This document shows, in pieces, positions 59,339-64,000 of a stretch of 64,000 nt of DNA (position 1 is the first letter of the stretch; each line of letters starts with the position of its first letter). The translations under genes and the position numbers were made by a program. This DNA is from Promethearchaeota archaeon (GTDB lineage Archaea; Asgardarchaeota; Lokiarchaeia; Sigyniarchaeales; SOKP01), in the NCBI GenBank assembly GCA_048938895.1, contig JBHLLU010000008.1, forward strand, positions 1-64,000, read 5' to 3'. The notes under the pieces were generated by a model that saw only the letters and a program-made list of their open reading frames with translations, was not told where the DNA came from and made no database searches.

Positions 59339-60334
59339 GTGCATCATTTAAAAATAAATGAACTTGCTAAAAACATTGTGGATAAAATAATTAAAGGAAA
59401 AGAAGTATATGGAGCTAAGATAATTAAATTAGCGAATAATTCAACTATTTTAGATATGACAAATGCATCATGGGACGGGGGTAAGTTAGTGGGAGAAATA
59501 TGCATGGGTGGATTAGGTACGGTATTATTTTCTCATTACAACTTAGATGGGCATTTTTTACCAAGTGTTATTGTACACACTTCAGAACCAATAATTTCAT
59601 GTATGGCATCTCAATTAGCAGGTTGGAGTGTAAAATTAAAGAAAGAGGTTGAAAAAGACGGGCAAGTAAAGAAAAAAGTCATTTTCCAGTCACTTGGTTC
59701 AGGACCAGCACGAGCAAAAAGTAAAGTTGAGAAAATATTCGATGATATTGAATATAATGACAGTTCTAACTCAGCGGTTATCGTTTTTGAAACTGATAAA
59801 TTACCGAATGAAGAAGTGATGAATATTATCTCTGAAAAATGCGGGGTTCAGACAAACAATACTTATGCCATTTGTGCTCCTACCGCTTGTTTGACAGGAT
59901 CAATTCAAGTGGCAGCAAGAATAGTAGAAACAGGCGTTCATAAATTACATGAAATTAAATTTCCCATAAACTTGATAAAGGATGGATATGGTACGACGAC
60001 AATCGCTCCTATTGCGGAGGATAATCTAGGTGCTATGGGGCGTACTAATGATTCTATAAGTGCTGCGGGAATGACATATTACACTATCAACGTTGAAAAA
60101 GATAAAGAAGCAGAATTATTTGAATTAATCAAGAAAGGACCAGCGAATACATCTTCTAGTTATGGGAAACCATTTATTGAAACGTTTAAAGAAGCTAATT
60201 ATAACTTCTACGATATTGACCCTGGAATATTTGCTCCTGCAACCTACACATTAACTAATGTGAGAACAGGTAAGACTATAACGGTTGGGGAGATTAATCA
60301 TGAATTACTAAAACAATCTTATGGCTTAAATTAA
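59339..60334 (+). CDS. mch: Methenyl-H4MPT cyclohydrolase
   Basis: EICMGGLG, SQLAGW, GSGPARA, ARIVETG, MGRTND, FYDIDP motifs. Confidence 0.95.
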   Translation: MHHLKINELAKNIVDKIIKGKEVYGAKIIKLANNSTILDMTNASWDGGKLVGEICMGGLGTVLFSHYNLDGHFLPSVIVHTSEPIISCMASQLAGWSVKLKKEVEKDGQVKKKVIFQSLGSGPARAKSKVEKIFDDIEYNDSSNSAVIVFETDKLPNEEVMNIISEKCGVQTNNTYAICAPTACLTGSIQVAARIVETGVHKLHEIKFPINLIKDGYGTTTIAPIAEDNLGAMGRTNDSISAAGMTYYTINVEKDKEAELFELIKKGPANTSSSYGKPFIETFKEANYNFYDIDPGIFAPATYTLTNVRTGKTITVGEINHELLKQSYGLN

Positions 60335-60372
60335 ATATTTTTTTTAGATCGTTTTTTTAATTGAAAAAAGGA

Positions 60373-61506
60373 TTACATATTTGTAAGTTCTTCTTGGTAT
60401 TTCAAGATTTCACTTGCAGATATATCCCTATCAAATATTATTTTCTTTTCTATGCCCAAATAAGCACATGCAATTTTCGCAGAAGCAGCAATCTCTGCCT
60501 TCTTAAGAGTTATTGAATATTCATCCTGTTGAAGTTGATCTTCTTGATAATTATTTTCTTTATACCGTTGATCTTGAAGTCTTGAAGCCCTCTCATTTTT
60601 CATTTCATATAATAAAGAAGCCATTTTGTAGGCTACTTTAAAAGATAATTGATTTTTGACTATTAAGCGTATTATATTATTCACATCAAAATAGTTCAAA
60701 TTCTCATATTTCGCTCGAAGGAATCCTTTAAGATTTTCAGAATCTTTTTCACATTCAATTTCCGTCCAATCATGGATGGCTAATTTTCGTCTAAAATAAA
60801 TTAACTCCCAATCAATCTCTAACTCCTTAAGAAATTCGAGTAGTTTTGGATCATTAGCGCTTCTAGATTCTATAACAACATAAAGCTGCAAACCATAATA
60901 TTTATGTTCTTGCTGAAGAAAAAAGCCCCTCTGTTGCATAGAAGCAAGAATTAACAATTTTATAGAATATATCTTTTCGGATACGTTCTTCTTACTGCAA
61001 TTTAGGTAGATTACATTTCCTTCTTCACTAATGTATTCACAATCCAAAAATCCTAGTATACTTTCTTTATTTTCAGATATAAAGGTGTTTAATCCAGTAA
61101 GCGTAGGTTTTACATCAAATCGGACGAGATCACCTTGTTCAATAGTAACATAATCATTATAATTGCTTCCAATAGCGAGTTTAATAGCGTTTAATTTAAA
61201 TTCCTTATCCATTCCAAATACTTTTTGAAAAGCTTCATTTATAGGGAAGACTTCACTTTCCAAGATATTTACATCCGCCATAGAACTCTCATATGGCTCT
61301 GGTTCACTTAACATTTTATTCATTAAAGGAGCTTCTGAAGCCTCTACTTCGATTTCATAGGTTTTTGCTAAATCTCGTCTGATAATGCAAATCGATCTCT
61401 TTTTCTTGTTATAGATTGAAATAGAATTATTATCGTTGAGGACTGCTCGGAATTTTTCAATAAATTTATCTTCTGTATTTTCTGGGCTTATTCTTCTTCT
61501 TCTAAT
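60373..61506 (-). CDS. Hypothetical protein; frame open 61 codons upstream of ORF-track ATG 61323, possible ATT start
   Basis: Uninterrupted frame from ATT 61506, preceded by GGTTGA; no family recognised. Confidence 0.55.
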   Translation of the reverse strand: MRRRRISPENTEDKFIEKFRAVLNDNNSISIYNKKKRSICIIRRDLAKTYEIEVEASEAPLMNKMLSEPEPYESSMADVNILESEVFPINEAFQKVFGMDKEFKLNAIKLAIGSNYNDYVTIEQGDLVRFDVKPTLTGLNTFISENKESILGFLDCEYISEEGNVIYLNCSKKNVSEKIYSIKLLILASMQQRGFFLQQEHKYYGLQLYVVIESRSANDPKLLEFLKELEIDWELIYFRRKLAIHDWTEIECEKDSENLKGFLRAKYENLNYFDVNNIIRLIVKNQLSFKVAYKMASLLYEMKNERASRLQDQRYKENNYQEDQLQQDEYSITLKKAEIAASAKIACAYLGIEKKIIFDRDISASEILKYQEELTNM

Positions 61507-61690
61507 TTTGAATCAACCAATATTTTGAAAATTTATTGATAGTTAATTTATTTATAAAATTAGTATCTTAAATTCTTAACTAATAGAAATTATTACTAAT
61601 AATTATTTTTCAATTTATAATTAAAAGAGCCATAAAGCTCTATGATTTATACTCAAATATTAATATAGTAATATAATATTAGGGTTTATT

Positions 61691-61870
61691 TTAATCTAAT
61701 TCCTCTTCTAAGTAGTATTCATCGTTCTTTTTTATATATATAGTCGTAGAGCCAAAATTGTTCCTTACGGTATATTTATTTCCTTGTACATCTAATATTT
61801 CTATTGAATATGATAATCTTCTTTTACTTAGTATATCTTCAACTATCTTTTTTTCTTCTTGCGAATCCAT
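61691..61870 (-). CDS. Small hypothetical protein (59 aa), not in ORF track
   Basis: MDSQEEKKIVEDILSKRRLSYSIEILDVQGNKYTVRNNFGSTTIYIKKNDEYYLEEELD; protein-like composition; AGGA upstream. Confidence 0.7.
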   Translation of the reverse strand: MDSQEEKKIVEDILSKRRLSYSIEILDVQGNKYTVRNNFGSTTIYIKKNDEYYLEEELD

Positions 61871-62085
61871 AACTATGATTTATTATTCCTTTCAAAAAAA
61901 ATTTTCCATTTTCCCAAATAAAATCTGACAAAATTCAAGATTTAAGGGCTCCTCTCTTTTTTGAAATATTGTCGGTATAAGTTTATGATATATCTTTTTA
62001 TTAGAAAAACTATGATTAAACTCTCGATTGAATCAGAAAAGCAGAAAATTAGGTCTTAAATATATAATTAAAGCATTTACAATCA

Positions 62086-62140
62086 GAGTTTCTCCAAAAG
62101 GAGAATCTCCACCATTTTATTAAAAATTGGAGTTTTTTTT
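62086..62140 (+). promoter_or_regulatory. Overlapping hairpins plus T8 tract upstream of the glycosyltransferase gene
   Basis: GAGTTTCTCC-AAAA-GGAGAATCTC, then CTCCA...TGGAG-TTTTTTTT. Confidence 0.4.
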
Positions 62141-62229
62141 AATAATCAGTTTAATAAATAAATGAGTCTTTCAATAAAATATATACCAAAGAAAATTATA
62201 TCTGATCAACCTTCTAATTCTGAGACAAC

Positions 62230-63480
62230 ATGGCACAACAAAAGCTTGACATTGGTTTTTTTACTAGTATGTATAGTCAGACCAATGGAACTGCACACGC
62301 TGTGCGATTTTTATCAGAAGCAATTGCGAAACACACAGGTCACAACGTGCATGTATATGCTCCTGGGATTCAAAAGCCAAAAAACATACCCAAAAACCTA
62401 TGTCTTCATAATTTCTTTGGGGCAAAAATAGCACCAAAAACTGGGTTTGTACTAAGTTTTCCCATTCATAAATACTTTTTCTGCCAACATGATTATTTAG
62501 ACATTGCCCACATTCATACACATGCAACATTTGGTAGCATGGCAATAAACTGGTCAAAGTATATTGGAATCCCGATGGTAGGTACTCATAATTCTCCTTT
62601 ATCTTTCTATACCTCTCAATATATTCCTATCGTAGGAGGCCTTCTATCTAAAATGGATTGGGTTTGGAGATATGAAAGACATGTCTTAGATAAATATGAT
62701 CTAGTTTCGGTCCCAACTAAATCTAAAAAAGATTTACTAAGGAAGCAGAGATTCAAAGAACCTATTATTTGTCTTTCTAATGGAATCCACGATAATTATT
62801 TCACTGATGTAAAGGAAAATGGAGTTCGAGAAAAATATAATTTAGATAATAAAAAGATACTTCTCTATGCCTCAAGACTTTCACCTGAAAAGCATCAACT
62901 AAGTATTATTAGGACATTTAAAAAGATTAATAAAGAACTTCCAGATACACATCTGGTTTTGGTTGGTAGTGATGGACCTTCAACCTCTCATGTTCTCAGA
63001 CTTATTAAAAAGAAGCAATATAAAGATTTTGTCTCCTACCTAGGACGAGTTCCCTTCAATGATTTATTGAAACTCTACAATACTGCAGATCTATCTTGTC
63101 TTTGGTCATGGATAGAGGCAGAAGGATTAGTACTTTTAGAAAGCATGGCACAAGGGACACCCTGTATAGGGGCTAATAGTATTGGAATATCAGATGTGAT
63201 TCGACACGGAGAAACAGGTTATCTAAGTACAGATCTAGAGGATTTTAGGCAAAAGGTGGTAAAATTGTTTAAAGATGATGATTTACGCCTTGAAATGGGG
63301 AAAAACGCTAGAATGTTTGCCGAAAATTATAGAATAAGTAAAATAGCAAAAATCTGGGTTGAATTATATAAATTTCTGATAAATGAACTTTATCCATTGA
63401 GATACTATAAAAAAGAAAGGAAAGAACGCGTAACACTAGTAAAAGAATTTATTCATAAAATGCCTACTGTTAGTTTTTAA
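62230..63480 (+). CDS. GT4 family glycosyltransferase (glycolipid synthase-like)
   Basis: QTNG, HIHT, SRLSPEK, EAEGLVLLESMAQG motifs. Confidence 0.9.
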   Translation: MAQQKLDIGFFTSMYSQTNGTAHAVRFLSEAIAKHTGHNVHVYAPGIQKPKNIPKNLCLHNFFGAKIAPKTGFVLSFPIHKYFFCQHDYLDIAHIHTHATFGSMAINWSKYIGIPMVGTHNSPLSFYTSQYIPIVGGLLSKMDWVWRYERHVLDKYDLVSVPTKSKKDLLRKQRFKEPIICLSNGIHDNYFTDVKENGVREKYNLDNKKILLYASRLSPEKHQLSIIRTFKKINKELPDTHLVLVGSDGPSTSHVLRLIKKKQYKDFVSYLGRVPFNDLLKLYNTADLSCLWSWIEAEGLVLLESMAQGTPCIGANSIGISDVIRHGETGYLSTDLEDFRQKVVKLFKDDDLRLEMGKNARMFAENYRISKIAKIWVELYKFLINELYPLRYYKKERKERVTLVKEFIHKMPTVSF

Positions 63481-63482
63481 AG

Positions 63483-64000
63483 TTAAAAATTATATTTTTC
63501 TCTAATATTCTCTAATTTAGATTTACATTTATTACAAAGATTATATGATTTCCTATCAACTTCATCAACATCTTTAGAAAATCTCATAACGCAAAACTCT
63601 CTTTCACAGTGGCTAGGTCCTATTAAAATATGCCCAATCTCATGGATAATTTCTTTTAGTATTCTCTCCTTAAAGAGGTCTTCATCTTTTGTTCTATCAT
63701 AAAATTCTTCTTTCAATTTAAGCGTGGATACTACACTACAACGATGTTTTAAATGCGTTTCTCCAAACATAAATATAATATTATCATCGCTACTTGAATA
63801 TATTGGAAGATCTGTCAGCAAGATTATAATGCCTAACTTTTCTTCTTTTTTTATATTAATTAGAAATTGGTAAAATTTATTTGTAGGGTGGGTTCTCAAC
63901 TTATCGTTAACCTCCCTCATTTCCTTATATTCCTTTTTAACACCTTTAGATATTTGATCTTTTGTAAAATGAAATTGACCTAAATTCCTAATATCAAAAA
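63483..64000 (-). CDS. Archaemetzincin-like Zn protease, N-terminus beyond window
   Basis: KEIIHEIGHILIGPSHC...CVM.FS...D.K...C..C. Confidence 0.85.
   Translation of the reverse strand, partial: FDIRNLGQFHFTKDQISKGVKKEYKEMREVNDKLRTHPTNKFYQFLINIKKEEKLGIIILLTDLPIYSSSDDNIIFMFGETHLKHRCSVVSTLKLKEEFYDRTKDEDLFKERILKEIIHEIGHILIGPSHCEREFCVMRFSKDVDEVDRKSYNLCNKCKSKLENIREKYNF

Noticed and set aside
2013-62557. Many short ORF-track calls antisense to or nested in long genes (e.g. 2013..2252, 4113..4526, 9658..9948, 34954..35379, 51726..52151, 62162..62431)
   Set aside because: They overlap well-supported genes and have no motifs; shadow ORFs.
1-64000. CRISPR arrays, tRNA/rRNA genes, transposases/integrases, selenoprotein TGA read-through
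   Set aside because: No regularly spaced repeats, no GC-rich structural RNA blocks, no recombinase motifs and no split conserved ORFs at TGA were seen by eye.

Overview
AT-rich archaeal chromosome segment, most likely Asgard (Lokiarchaeia-like). This is an inference from gene content: H4MPT C1 genes ftr/mtd/mch, archaeal/eukaryote-type GlyRS, a Rag-family small GTPase with a roadblock-like tail, TPR proteins, and several non-canonical thiolase + DUF35 pairs. The window holds lipid/acyl-CoA catabolism genes, citramalate synthase followed by bcd-etfBA-like genes, an argJBDCG operon plus argH, a polar amino-acid ABC transporter, purine salvage genes and surface proteins. No rRNA, tRNA, CRISPR array or transposase was recognised. 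The main finding is two small leader ORFs missed by the ORF track, each upstream of an amino-acid biosynthesis unit and rich in the end-product amino acid. A 31-aa peptide ending in RRRR (13064..13159, -) precedes argJ, and a 21-aa Ile/Leu/Val-rich peptide (6612..6677, -) precedes cimA. Each has a TATA-like box upstream, internal hairpins and a downstream hairpin/U-tract. Together they suggest ribosome-coupled leader-peptide (attenuator/uORF) control in an archaeon. Both biosynthetic blocks are bracketed by duplicated or decayed copies of an SCP2-domain gene, which looks like a repeated integration site.
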